From Paraspadella gotoi (Eukaryota > Animalia > Chaetognatha): 64,000 nt of DNA. Position numbers and translations under genes: made by a program. This document shows positions 11,763-25,850 of this stretch, piece by piece. The stretch is from positions 3,093,812-3,157,811 of the forward strand of contig CM119266.1 in the NCBI GenBank assembly GCA_051294375.1. The letters are read 5' to 3'. The stretch's first letter is position 1. Every line of letters begins with the position of its first letter. The notes beneath the pieces are model-generated. The model was given only the letters and a program-made list of their open reading frames with translations. It ran no database searches and was not told the origin of the DNA.

Positions 11763-12276
11763 CGATGACGACGACGACGATGTCGGCCTTATATTAGGGC
11801 CAATCTTTGTCAATGGGGTGGGTCAGAAGTTTGACTTGGGATCCTTCCCAAATGAAACTTCATACATTTCTGAGAAAACTTTCAATGGACCAAAATTTTA
11901 TAAAATGGCTAGGACTAGAAGCACTAGTAATTATTTTTTTAATATTTATTTATAGATAGGAAATGTTAAAAATTTTCTTGAATTTTGTATTTTTAAAAGC
12001 AGATTTAGATTCAGATAGGTTATGAAAAGTTGTCTGCACCAAGTATAATTCTTTTTTAAATATTTTGATTGGGAAAATCCTTTAAAAATAAATCATCATC
12101 ATCATTATCCGATGATTTTAATAATTTTTGCTAATTTTCAGTAATAAAACTTTAAACGACGACGAAGTCAACGATGACGACAACGACGACGACGACGAAG
12201 TCAACGACATTGACGACGACGACGACAACGACGACGAAGTCAACGATGACAACGACGACGACAAAGTCAACGACAT

Positions 12277-12309
<33 letters not shown>

Positions 12310-12753
12310 AGACAACGATGATAAATTACCAGTTTGTACATCACAGGCATTTTACTTTTTCCCCTTTTTTTTCAGACTCGCGTCGTTCGATGCAAAATGA
12401 TTAACGAAGAATTCGAAGCTAACGAGAAAAACAACAAAGTTAACAACAACAACAACGCTCAAGCACCAGTTAATGATACATGTGAGGGCGAAAGATATTT
12501 AATAATAAATTTTTAAGAAGAATACATAAATATAAAAAATCCCCTAATTCGAGCCGTCGGTAACAATGATGACGACGATGATGATGATAATTATGACGAT
12601 GATGATGATAAAAGTAAATGAGAATATCATGGTCCGGAGAAACCGAAAAGTCAAGTTAAGTGAACAAACACAAACAGGTTAAACTTAAAGCGACAAGATA
12701 TTTCGATTACTTTGGACTTTGACGTAACTCGCTCGAGGGCGTCTGGGAGGAAG

Positions 12754-12800
<47 letters not shown>

Positions 12801-12857
12801 TGAAAAAATAATGGACCTTAAAACAAAAGAACAAAAAACAATTAAAAAGACCAACAT

Positions 12858-12910
<53 letters not shown>

Positions 12911-13278
12911 TGATCGAAAAAAATCATCAGACGAAATAGAAAAAAAATTAAATGACGAAGAATCGAAATCACAAATGAACGAAATGATGAACAAATGAAC
13001 GAAATGATGAACAAATGAACGAAATGATGAACAAATGAAGGAAAGAATTCATAAATTGAAAAATAATTAGCAACGAACTAATGACCGAGAAAAAAATATA
13101 CAAATTTCAAAATTATTAACAAACAAACAAAAAAAAAGGAAAAATTGTAAAAAAAAAAATGGTAGAAAATTAATTTGGGAGTAAAGCAGAACTGGAAGAG
13201 AAAAGAGAGAAGAAAGAAATGATAAAAAAGCAAAAAGAAAAGCAAAGAGAAATTGAAGAAGAATAAATTCACCCGACA

Positions 13279-13320
<42 letters not shown>

Positions 13321-15638
13321 CTGCTCTGCTGTCTCTCATCTCTCGCCTCTCTCTCACCCCGCCTCCTTTTACTTCAGGCCAAAAGAAATCTTTGCATTCA
13401 ATTTACCAGAACGAATTTATTTTGCCTTTTTTCGCTTGAGCTTCGCCGGCGTCTCTCTCTCATGGCTATACTGGGCAAGAAGGCCTGGCGAATCTGCGCA
13501 AGCCTCCGGGAGGGCAGCGGCGCGCGGAGCGGCCGATCGGCTTTTCCCTGCTTCGACTTACTTCGCTCGCTTCATCTTACTCCTCTTCCTCTTCCTCTCG
13601 CTATCTGCCGCGGATCCGCGGGCGACGGCAGAGTCGGATCCGATCGGAGCTGCAGCGGGCGAACTTTACTGGCTTTCTGCTGCTCTCTTAGCGCGGGCCT
13701 CGTCACCGCCGAGGCTGCTTTCTCTCTGCTCCGAGCGGATCGATCATGGGTTCGCGCGTGATTCGCCGGGAGTCTGCTTTTACAGAGATAAGGTCCTTTT
13801 TTGAAATATTACGATTATTGTAGGGTCATTTCAGCGTTGTCAAAAAGAAAGAAAAAAGAAAGAAAGAAAAAATTAGAGAAGAAATAAAAAAGAAAGGAAA
13901 AAAAATATTAAAAAATTTAGACAACAATTTTTTTTAATATTAAGATTTTGAGGTTAAAATTATTAATGATTAATAAAAAAGATATCTAACAATATGATTA
14001 AATATGGCCGAAAACAATTGAAAACTATGATAAAGATAGAAAATTATCGCAATGAGATGATATATATTAATTTGCATTTTTGTTAGTAAATGAGTAGAAA
14101 AATTTTAAAAAAAGTCAAGTAGAATCAAATTCGAGCCTTGCAGCTGTGAATATTTTTAAATAATGTTTTTTTAATTTTTAATTTTCGCAGAGCCCATATT
14201 TATATATATATTATACTATATAGTAACATTAATTTAAATTTAATTCGATGTGCTAAATATAAAATTTTCCAAAAAAGTCTAGCAGCAGGTTTTTTAAGGT
14301 TGGTCTTTTGTCTCAGAAAGCTTCCTTAGTGCCGTAACTGTTTTGAAGAGGGTCGCCTTAAGCTTATAGCGCAGGAGTGTTAGCAAAGTTGAAACAAAAA
14401 GCCGTCGTGCAAAAACATTTTTGTCTGGAAATGCCTAAGCTGACTACTACTACTACTACTGACTTTTAATTAATTAATCGCATTTATAATGCAGGTTAAT
14501 AAATACAGTATAATTTTTCTTGTTTTGTATTTCCTGTAATTAAGGTGGAGATATCTGCTGAGTAAACCTTTAGGATAGAGACGTAAGTTGTGGCTTCATT
14601 TTGAAACCCGACATGTGACAGTGATCTGGACATTATTCAAGTTTTCGCAACTGCAATTCTAAAATGTTCTTTAGTATTATCTTCTCGGCGCCCGAATGAG
14701 GTCCTTTGAATTTGAGCATGGCAAACTTTATGATTTTCCTTTACCTTTTATATTTCAACAAATTCACAATCAATTAAAAACCTTAGGTAATTTAAAAAAA
14801 AGCATAGTATGCAAATGCAGGCCTAATTGTCAGCTCATATTGAAGTTGGTATGCGACTTCAATATTTTTTTAATTCCTAGTTACTTTTTAACTTCTCAAA
14901 TTAATAAAAAGATTTCTTTTTTTAACAAATGTTTAACAAATTTTGTTATTTTTGAAAAGCTTTTTTTCTAATTTAGAATATATTGTTTGTAATTGGATTC
15001 AGCTTGGATTTCTTTGTTTTTTTCTTGGTTGTGTTTTCAAATTGGTCATTCTAAGAAGCTTTATTTTTACTTGCAATTCATTATTATTTTTCGGGCCTTA
15101 TAGAGAAAGAGAAAATTTGTTTGAAATACTTGAATACTGCTAATCCTAAAAAGAGAACGTCGTAATTAAAGTTAGTGTTAGTTTTTCTTTGAATTACATT
15201 GAGAGCCAAAAAATGAAACCACAAAAACTTATCAGCAAAATTAGTTTATTATTCTACAAAAAAATTATTCAAGTTAATTTGAATAAGTTTGATGAGAAAT
15301 TAATGAGAAGAGAGAATGAACAAAATATACATAAAAAAACAAAGAGATAGAAAGAGAGAGAGACGGCAAGAGCAAGAGAGAGAGAGGAAGAGAGAGAGAG
15401 AGTAACGAGAGATGAGAGAGAGAGAGAAAGAGAGAGAAGAGTGATTATCCGGCCCCGATCCGCGTCGGACTTCGCACGGCGAAGAAGCCCGAGCCTCCCA
15501 TGCGAAGAGAGAAAATCCTCCGCGAGTGCGAGCGGAAGAAAGCCGGAAGGAGGAAGTTGAGTTCGATCGGAAGCGCGCGCGCCGGCCGGCTCCGGTCTAC
15601 GGCTGCGCAGTTCGGGGAGAGCTGAGTATATGACTCTG

Positions 15639-15674
<36 letters not shown>

Positions 15675-17407
15675 GTCCAGCTCTCTTGGAAAGATTTCAT
15701 GAAACATGTTTAGGATAAAAACTCTACCCGATTTTCGTTTATATTTTTAAATACTTTTCAACTTGTGAATATCGTTTTGTAAATTGATGTAGCTTTTAGG
15801 GGCACAATGTAGCCAAAGCCCCGTTTCTTTAATACAATTCAATTCAATTCTGTGAAGATTATGACCGAAATAATATTTTGCTTTTTAATTTTTTTCTAAG
15901 TACTTAAAAACTGAAAAATCGTCATTGAACATTTTCGGTATATAATTAGACATTAACAATTTTTCTATCAGTCTATTTTTTAGTTAGAACCTTATAAATA
16001 TCTTCGCTACTTTCGATGTCTAAAAGAATTTATTTTATTTTATCATAAACAAATGAATAAAGAATGAATAAAAAATGAATAACAAATGAATAAAAAATGA
16101 ATAACCTCCCGAAAGGTTTTTCGCCTTCGGTCCACTCGCGGTTGACTGTCGAGTGATTCCCCTTTTTTATTCCTTTTGATTTTCTTTATTTTATTTCGTT
16201 TTATAAATAAAATAAACAAATCGAGATTTCTTTTTATCTCTGCCTTTTCTGCCGATAAGGTGGCTCAAGAAGCAAAGAATAAAGGATAAAGGATATGTAA
16301 GTTCCAATAAGAACCATGGAATGGATTTACATTAGGGCGTCATTAAAAATCAAAATTAGAAATTGAAATAAAAATCACAACTAAAAATTACAAATAAAGT
16401 TAAAAATCTCCACTTTGTTTGACCTTTTTTGACCCAGAACACCCCCAATTCATCTAAAGAGAAAGGCTACTAATCTTAAACTTAAAAATAAGTTATTTTT
16501 AAGGTTCAAAGATTAGGATCAAGATTAGGGATATGGATTAGTTTAAAGATTTAGGATTAGGTTAGTGATTAGGATTAGGAATTAAGAAACAGAAACGGGA
16601 CGCTTTTGAAAAAGAGAGCCACTCTTTTCATATTTAAGATTTTCTTTTAATCTAATTTATTAAAATTTATTAAAATTAATAACAAAAACGATATTAACGG
16701 TATTAATAAACGATATTAAAGAATTTTTTTTAAAGAAATAATTTCCATAAATATTCTACTTTTATCACTTATTTTTTAAAGATGAAATGAAGAAAATTTT
16801 CAGTTTGGGCCCCCTAATAGGGGCCTTATTCTTCCGCCATTCACATCATTCGTCATCACAAGAAAATCGGATTCGTTTAAATAAAATTTTTTATTCAAAA
16901 TAAATTAAACTATTCCGTCATCCACATTTTTCGTTTACTCTCAATCAATCGTTATCAACACGTTTATTATCCATTTTTTTAACATTACCTTAATTATATC
17001 CAAATTAAAATAAAGCTCAAAGGAGACTCTGTATTCAGCTGAAGTTCTTTTCTGATTTGTTCCAGGATCCATTTAAAACGGACGGACGGACAGAGAGACA
17101 GAATGGACCGTTTCAAGGACGGGAGGACGAATCGGGGATTAATACATTTCAGGGTTTTGTTCTTTTACGGTTGTGGACCATCAACATCTTTTTCAAAGTA
17201 CAGTATTTTCAAATTCTCTCATACTTATTCTACGCATAATATTTATTTACACACTTTTACTAAACTTATTTTACCATATTCCTTCGCACGGAATCATCTA
17301 TCCATGTAACTAATTCTGATATATTTTTCTTTTCAACTTTTTTCCGATTGTCTTCTCCTTCTTTCTCTAACATTCTTTCATTTCTTCTTCCTTCTTAATT
17401 CTTTGTA

Positions 17408-17490
<83 letters not shown>

Positions 17491-17633
17491 AGACGGCCAA
17501 TGATGTTGATTGTTGTGACGGTTGTTGATGCTGGAGTTGGATGGAATCTTGAAGGTGAAAAGCGGAAATAAGAGGAGGGGGCGTCAACTGAGCTTCAGTC
17601 TGAGGAGTGAGGAGTCATCAACGTCGTTCGTCG

Positions 17634-17667
<34 letters not shown>

Positions 17668-17783
17668 GCGCCCTTATTATCGGCATCGTAATGTTTGTCC
17701 TCAACTCTGACAGTCCGTCCGTCCGCCCGTCCGTCATTCTCATGTCCGACCGTCCGTCTTCTTTTCTCTTCTTTTTTTTCTTG

Positions 17784-17814
<31 letters not shown>

Positions 17815-18142
17815 CTTTTCTTTTCTTTTCTTTTCTTTTCTTTTCTTTTCTTTTCTTTTCTTTTCTTTTCTTTTCTTTTCTTTTTTACTCTGCAACCCAA
17901 TGTCTTTGAGAATCTTGAGTGGAAAGAACCAGAAGAAAAGAAAATTTTTTTTTCCAAACGTAAAGTCTTGCGCTCAGGAAAAAGTAGGCGTGGCTGGAGT
18001 TAAACCTGAGGTGGAAAGCGGTGGTCATTATCGTCGTCGTCATCATCGTCGTCGTCGTCATCGTCGTCGTCGTCATCGTCGTCGTTGAAGTTGATACGAA
18101 AAATCAGTCAGATTCTGACTTCCAGCATTAAAATAAATAAAT

Positions 18143-18448
18143 AAACAAGGAAAAGTTATTCCAAGGTGTTGCGCCGCATTATTTTTTTAAAACTTTTTTA
18201 TCCCTTTTATTTCCGAGAAAATACGACACTCTCTGCATAGTAATCGCATCTTTTATTCCTTATAGATTTTTTTAAAAACAAAAGGCGGCGCTAGTAGTCG
18301 CTTAGATTTGAGGTTTTTTCCTGTTTTAACAAATGAGCAATGAACTATAGGCAAGTGATAAGCGTTTTCAACGACATACCGACCGACCGACCGAGAGACC
18401 GACCAAAAATTGAGTTGCTCCGCGAGTACTCGCGGCGTAACTAAAAAA
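18143..18448. mobile_element. Helentron-associated (HINE/DINE-1-like) non-autonomous element remnant
   Basis: Starts aaacaag, has an internal (CCGA)n microsatellite at 18379-18403, and ends in the palindrome agttgctccgcgagtactcgcggcgtaact (18413-18442) followed by an A-run. Confidence 0.55.
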
Positions 18449-19088
18449 TAATGAGCTAATGTTACAAACCTAAAAAAATAATTCGGTTTTTTTAATTTTC
18501 TTTCTTTTCACAAATTAAACCAATTAAGGTTAAATAAAGAACTTTATTTTATTCCTCCTTGAGCAAAACATCAACAACAACAACAACAAAATCAGAAATA
18601 AACAACAAAACAACGAAACAAAGAAACAAAATGGTTGGATTCGTTGACTAGAAGTGAGAGGGCTAACGAGAACACAGATCAATGAGGGTGAAGAACGAGG
18701 TAGAAGAAGGAGAGAGAGAGAGAGAGAGAGAGATTTCTTTCTCGACGTTAGTGTAATTTTTATTCTTGTGCAATTGAAGTCGCAGGAGTTGATATAAATC
18801 TCTGTCGAGGGCTGTTCGAACTCTCTGCTCTCTCTTATCTCTCTCTCTTCGGTCTCTCTTCTTCTCTCTCATCATCTCTCTCTCTATCGTCTGCTTGTTC
18901 TCTCTCCCGTCTCTCTGTGTTCGTCCTCCTCTGGCCTCCTCTTATCTTCTCTCTCTCTGCTGCCCTATGCTGCGTGCTCTCTTTTCTCTGCTTATATCTG
19001 TCTTTCCTCTCTCTCTCTCTCTTTTTCAACTTTCCTGCTCTATTCTCTCTCTCTCTTTCCCCGNNNNNNNNNNNNNNNNNNNNNNNNN

Positions 19089-19601
19089 TGCAACAGAGGC
19101 GACGAATTCGCTTCTCTTTTTTCGGGCGTCAACGGACATTCGTCCTGCTTACGTTGATTTAAAGCAGCAGCGACGCCTGCGAAAGCTGCGACGCGTGAAA
19201 CGTTGCTGGGTCGGTCTTTATGGCTTCCCTGTTTTTGTGGAGGGAAGTTTCTTTATATTTAGAAGCCTCGAAACTTACCTGGCAGGAAGATTAACAGATG
19301 CGACACTGGAAATGCAGGTGAGTCGCCACCTGCAGAAGGGAAAAAAAAGAAATTTGTAAAAAAATCAAGTTGCAATGAACGCGGCGGAGGTCGATTACCT
19401 GAATCAATTCTTGACAGTTGTAAATGACAAGTGGCGAATGACAGGTGGCAAAATGACGGGTGGCAAATGGGCGAAGTTGCAAAGGAGTGTTCCTTTTTTT
19501 TCTTTCTTCTCGACGTTAGTGTAATTTTTATTCTTGTGCAATTGAAGTCGCAGAGTGATATAAATCTCTGTCGAGGGCTTTCGAACTCTCTCTCTCTCTT
19601 T

Positions 19602-19652
<51 letters not shown>

Positions 19653-20288
19653 CTCTCTCCTCTCTCTTTCTCTCTCTCTCTCTTCTTTCTCTCTCTCTCT
19701 CTCTAGTGCTGCTCTCTGCTTTCTCTGCTTTATCTGGTCTTTCTCTCTCTCTCTCTCTCTTTCAACTTCTCTCTATTCTCTCTCTCTCTTTCCTCTTTCT
19801 CTCTTTCTTTCTTTCTTTGTCTCTTTTCTCTTCTCTCTCTCTCTCGTCTCTCTCTCTCTCTCTCTCCGAAAAAAAAGGAAACACGCCTTTTGCAACTTCG
19901 CCATTTGCCACCCGTCATTTGCCACCTGTCATTCGCCACTTGTCATTTACAACTGTCAAAGAATTGATTCAGGTAATCGACCTCGCGCGTTCATTGAACT
20001 TTGATTTTTTTACAAATTTCTTTTTTTTCCTTCTGCAGAGTGCGACTCACCTGTCCAGCTTTCCAGTTGTCGATCTGTTAATTTCTTCCTTCCATCATCT
20101 CGGAAGGAGTAAGTTTCGAGGTTAAATATAAAGAAACTTCCCTCACAAAAACAGGTGGAAGCATAAAGACCGACGCAGCGTTTCAGCGTCGCAGCTTCGC
20201 AGCGTCGCTGCTGCTTTAAATCGAACGTAAGAGACGAATGTCCGTTGACGCCCGAAAAAGAGAAGCGAATTCGTCGCCTCTGTTGCAC
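19089..20288. repeat. Inverted duplication (arms ~19089-19500 and ~19868-20288), plus direct repeat 18734-18830 / 19503-19590; likely assembly artefact
   Basis: tgcaacagaggcgacgaattcgcttctc at 19089 has its reverse complement ending near 20287. The arms differ mostly by small indels and the block is bounded by 25-N gaps. Confidence 0.85.
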
Positions 20289-20348
20289 TCGCTCTCTCTC
20301 TTTCTCGGTCTCTCTTGTTGGTTNNNNNNNNNNNNNNNNNNNNNNNNN

Positions 20349-23001
20349 CCAAAAAGAGAGAGATCACGATGGACGAGGCGCAGGTGCAACAGATGGTCTT
20401 ATGTGACAATTCATTATGATACCGCCAGTGTGGTCGTTTGTTTAAACCTTTCAGTGCCTCGTTGGGATATAAGGCAGAGTAAGCTCCAGAAAAAGAATGG
20501 TGTTTATTGTGTTGTATTGTGGGTTTAGCTAATGAGGGTAAAATTTGCAAATAGAGTTGATCAGCATCTCTTTCTATTGCGTTTACTGAGGTAACGCTGG
20601 ATCCAAGTGTGTTGTGTTGAAAAAGTTAGTAGTGCACATTAGGAAGTGAATGAGGTTAGAAAGAAGCGTGATAATATAAGAATTTGTGTTAGTATTAGGC
20701 GCAAGATGAAAATAAAAAAATCCGTCAGCTTGAATTTCTCTCAACTGTCAAAAAATCCCAAGAAAAGCAAAAGAGCAACGGAATAAGCAAATGAGAAATG
20801 CAAACAAAAGCTGACATGGTGGCAGTTTTTACTGTTAAACAGATGTTTGTATTAAAAGGACCTCTGCTTTGAGAGTTTGTCGCCTGTTTGTATTTTGTTT
20901 CCGTTTTCGCTCAAGTTTTATTTGTCCGTTGCATGTTGATGATTTTCTCGCTTCCCTGCCAGCCGTGTTCTCCACCCTATTCACCGCGCCACAGATCGCG
21001 GTAATGGTAGGATTAATCCATCAGCAGCTTTTCTTTTTATTCTCTGCGTCTCGTGCGTCTCGTCGTCTCGTCATCGTGTCGTCGGTCGAAGTCGGTCGTC
21101 GTCTCTCGTCTCTCAGAATCGTCTCTCGTCTCTCTCCGGTACTCGGTGCTGTCTCAAAGAAAACAAAGCTCGCAACTACTGGCCGGAGGGGATATGGTAG
21201 TTAGATAAGAAATAGAAGTGTAAGAGGCGGCCTTGTGTGAAAGAATTGATGGGGCAAAATTTAAAAAAAGCGTGAAGAGATTTGAGTTTTTATGAGTAAT
21301 TGAGTAGCAATAGTTGGTATATGTTTAGCATTGGAAGCACAGAGTTAGGTGTTCGGTGTAGACGCCGCAGGGTGGAAAAATCTTCATTGTCGGCTCGGTA
21401 GCGGACTGATCCCTCCCTTCTTGGTGTTTTTGTGTTTGAGTTTATCGAGGAAAATTGAGGAAAGAAAGACAGAGAGAGAGAGAAAGAAAGAGAAGAAAGA
21501 GAAGAAAGAAAGAAAGAAAAATAGCAAGAAAAAGGAAATAACAATAGATAGAAATAAATAATAAATAAGATAAGATAAGAGTAGGATAATAAAGTAAAGT
21601 AATTAAGATAGATAAAGTAAATAATAAGATAAAGTAAATGAATAGAAGAAGAGAAAAGGAAAGAGAGTAAAGTAGAATAAAGAAATAAAGAATAAATATA
21701 AATAAGATAAATAAATAATAAGAAGAAAGAAAGAAGAAGAAAGAAGAAAGAAGAAGAAAGAAAGAAAGAAGAAATAGAGAAAGAAAAGAAATGAAGAAAG
21801 AAAGAAGAAGAAAGAAAGAAAGGAAGGGAGGAGTGAGGAGAGAGGGTGGGCGGTGGAGAGAGAAGCGATGTAAGAAAAAAGTTTTGGCGCGAGAGCGTCG
21901 ATTTGCCGAAGAGGTGAGAGCGAATTACGTCAGAGATATCAAGCAAGAACGCACAGTCTACCTGGATGTTGAAGGATGGTTCTTTGTGGTTCATGCGCTT
22001 CTCGTTGAGGTGTCGATTTGTCCGATTTATGAAATTGATAACAGGAACAATATAGAAAAATAAAAAGGGAAATGTTTTGTTGATTTTTCGAGAGGTTGAT
22101 GTTTTGGGCCTCTAGGTCCTTCTATCCTCTATCCTCTATCCACTCGGACAAAGCTGTCAGATCAATGCCTTGCAGTCTAGTTTTGTGTAACTCCCGAGAG
22201 ATTGGCGTTCCAGAAGTCGAAGAGCTAGTGATGGTTGTTGTAGTGAATTGCAAAAGTGTGTCAAGTGAGCGCATTTTTTCCACTTTCGAACTCTTGCCAG
22301 GCTCAGGCGTCTACGACGACGACGAGCGACGACGAACGACGACGACGATGAAAATGGGCTAACAATTAAAATTAAAACGAAAAAAAATCCAGATTCAAGA
22401 TCGGCCAAAAAGATAGTTTGCATGAACAAATTTGTAAAATCAAATACAGAGCAAATAAATTATTTTTCAAACACACTGTCTTTGAGATTGATGGCCCACT
22501 GAAAGCATCTTGCAGAGAAATGTCTAGTTTAGCGCATAAGCTGGCGCCAATTTTTTCACCTACTAAGCAAGAAACTAATGTTCATAATTAGATTCGTTTC
22601 TTGATTCTTTGATTGGCATCGTTTAATGATTGTATTCATTGTTATTCATACGTCGTCTCGGAAACGCTAAAGAAGCGCGAGAGGAGTAAAAGTTAAGAGT
22701 GAAGGCTGCGTCATCTGGGCCGGAGGCTTAATTTCCTCAATTTGGATTCAGGGGCGAAAAAAAGAACAAAAGAGAGAGAGAGAGAAAGAAAGAAGAGAGA
22801 GAAGAGAGAGAGAGGATGGGATTGAAGGAAGGAGAAGGGAAGAAAAGGATCACAGATACACGAGCGACGGACGACGACGACGACGAACACGAGCGACGAC
22901 GGCCGGAAGCGGGGTACAAGCCACCTCGGACAAAGTAGCAGCAGACGGATAAATTGGCGTCAAAGACTAAAAAACGTCGCTCAATTTTTTGAGACGAGAG
23001 A

Positions 23002-23050
<49 letters not shown>

Positions 23051-23711
23051 AGAGAGAGAGAGAGAGAGTGAGTACGCAGATGATGGCAGCGGTCGTACAC
23101 AATTCAGCTTTTTTTAGCGTCGAGATTTCAAGTCCAACACACTTCCTCCTTTACTTTTTTGGTTCGATGGCATTAAAAATGGTTAGGCGAATCAAAATTT
23201 TTATGCCATTTTTTAAAACTAATTAACATATATGAAACTATATTAACAATGCTGACTGGACAGCTACGGTGGGTCTAGAAGCCGTCCATGCCCTCTCAGC
23301 AATAAGAAGGCCCGCTGCAGAGTCTCGCTACAGTCTATAATTATGAGATTTTCATTTGCGCATTTTTAAAAAATTATTTTCCAATTTATTTAAAAGACTG
23401 TCTAAGCTCTACATAAGTTAGTAAGAAACGTTTCGCTCTCTTATCGTTTTGGCGTCTAATCGCTTCATAGACTCAGACAAGATTTATTTCTAATTGGCTT
23501 CCTGATGGACGTCATGACTTCACGCAGGTCATAAAATTGATAACAGTCGCCATGATGTCAATGAAAATGACGGCAGAGTTCGTGACGTCATAATTCATGA
23601 CTTCAACTCCTCAGAAAACGATTTATTTCCATAATTGCTATTTTCGTGAAAATGGGACGAGTAAACAGGAAAGGTGAGAGAAGAGAGAGAGAGAGAGGAG
23701 AGAGAGAGAGA

Positions 23712-23749
<38 letters not shown>

Positions 23750-25799
23750 GAGAAGCATCAATCGAAAACGGTCAAACAAAGATAAAACTGCCTCTCGTTG
23801 ACCAGGAATTGAGATGATGAAGCAGAGATTGGCCCCACACAGAAGGCGCCACACAGAAGCCCCATAGAAAGATTTTTCCATCAATATTGTCCGCCGACAG
23901 GGAATGGCCGCCAGGGCGAGATTGGCCCAACATAAAAGTCGCCCCAACTTGGATCGCTCGAGTTTGAGATCGCCAAACTAGAGGATTGCTGCCTTTTTGG
24001 AAATGACGCCAGACAAGAATGCCGCAAGTTGCGCAGAGGATTGGCGCCAGCTACAGCGCTGCCACCCCAGAGGTGGAGTGGAGTATGCGCGGGATGGAGT
24101 ATCGCGAGTGTGTTGGGTCAGAGATAAAAGAATGAAGTGAAGCGGAGGAGAGGTAGGAGGAGGAGGAGGAGGGAGGTATAGTGGAAGGCGGCTGCCTTTT
24201 TCCGCTAGGTGAGTTTCACTGGTGTTTCGACTCGCAAACGGTGCGATAGAAGTCGCTGCGGACTGATTTTAACCTGGTCGGAAAAGTAGAATTCGACCTG
24301 ATAATCAGTCGAAATTGAACGGAGGAGCGTGAATCAATGAAGGCTCGTCTCTGGTGCGAATTCGGACTGCAAGAATATGATGAAGCTCGTCTCTTTTTCT
24401 CTTGCTCTCGTTTTTCGCTCTCTAATAATGACAGCGATGAGATTGCCAGTGTTACATGGTAACATTTACAAAGCGCCGCAAACCATTTGAAAATATTATT
24501 ATTTTATAGTAAAAGAGTAAAGAAGCCTGGGAAAAAAAGATGTTAAGTAGGCCTATCAAAATTTGATATAAGATCTTAAATTTACCTGTCCAGCTATTTA
24601 TTTTGTTGGAAGGATGTGTTCATTGACATTTGAATATATAAATTAAACGCTTGAATTTACGTATGAAGTTCATATGGAATGACATTCACATGAATCATTA
24701 AATGGATAAAATTCAATCAGAAATGTGTCGGTTAAAAATGAGATGAATATTAAGAAATGAATTTCAATAATAAGATGAATTTGTGATTAATGCAGTAATG
24801 CGAAGAAACACTGTCCAGGTTTTAAAATAAAAACTCTTTCTCGTCTCTTTGAAGTGAATCTGGGGAATGAATCTATAATTAAATACATGCTGAGAATCAC
24901 GTTACTTTTCTAACACATATGATTTGACAAGTAAAGTATGAGAGTAAAATTCCATAACGTATTAAGTCGAAATCAAATCTCTGCTCTCTCTGCTCGTCTT
25001 TTTATGTTAATTGCGATGAATCTTTATGCGTTTTAAGAATGTTTTTTAAAGCGGATGCTCATTTTTTCACGTGTAATTAATTAATTAAGTTAATTAAAAC
25101 TTTTATTAGTAATCATTAATATTAAAGATTAAGTAAATGTGACTTAAAGTTTTTGCCATGCTAAACTTGCATTTCGCACTGGCCACAATTCAGCTGTCAA
25201 GAACTTTAATATAATTTATTATATATTAATTAAATAGTTAAAAGCTCAGTGGCAACAACGCCAAATGAACTAATTAAGAAAAGTTACATGTGAACTGACA
25301 AATAATTTTGATCAATTAAGATAATTTTGGTCAAGCCGGCATAAATTTGCGTCAATTGGCATAATTTTATGCAACTGGCCTGAATTTGGTCAACTGGCAT
25401 AATTTGGTCAACAGGCATAATTTGGTCAACTTGCAGAACTTGATCACTTGCAGAATTTGGGTCAAGCTGGCATAATTTGGTCAAGCTTTAAGGAAGTTTG
25501 GTCAGACTGGGCATAGTTTTTGTCATTGGCATAAGATTTTGGTCAATCAATCAATCAATCAATCAATCAAATCAATCAAATCAATTAATCAATCAATGCA
25601 ATCAAACAGAGAGAATAGAGAGAGAGAAACGTTTAAAGAAAAATTCAAATAAATTGTGTCTTTGGTGTTCTAATTGTGAACTAGTCGAAAACGGAGCGCT
25701 TTCACTATAAGTGGGAAGGAGGAGGGAGGGAACTGGCGCGCGTCGGGAACGGCGGTTAATTGGAGTGAAAATATGAGGTGGAGGGTGAGGTAGGAGAGA

Positions 25800-25850
<51 letters not shown>

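Noticed and set aside
16511-16585. Telomere-like TTAGG(G) tract
   Set aside because: Short, highly degenerate (gattagga/gattaggt) and interstitial; not a telomeric array.
19273-19286. ACTTACCTGGCAGG matching the U1 snRNA 5' end
   Set aside because: The match stops after 14 nt, there is no downstream U1 structure or Sm site, and the inverted copy of this region lacks it.
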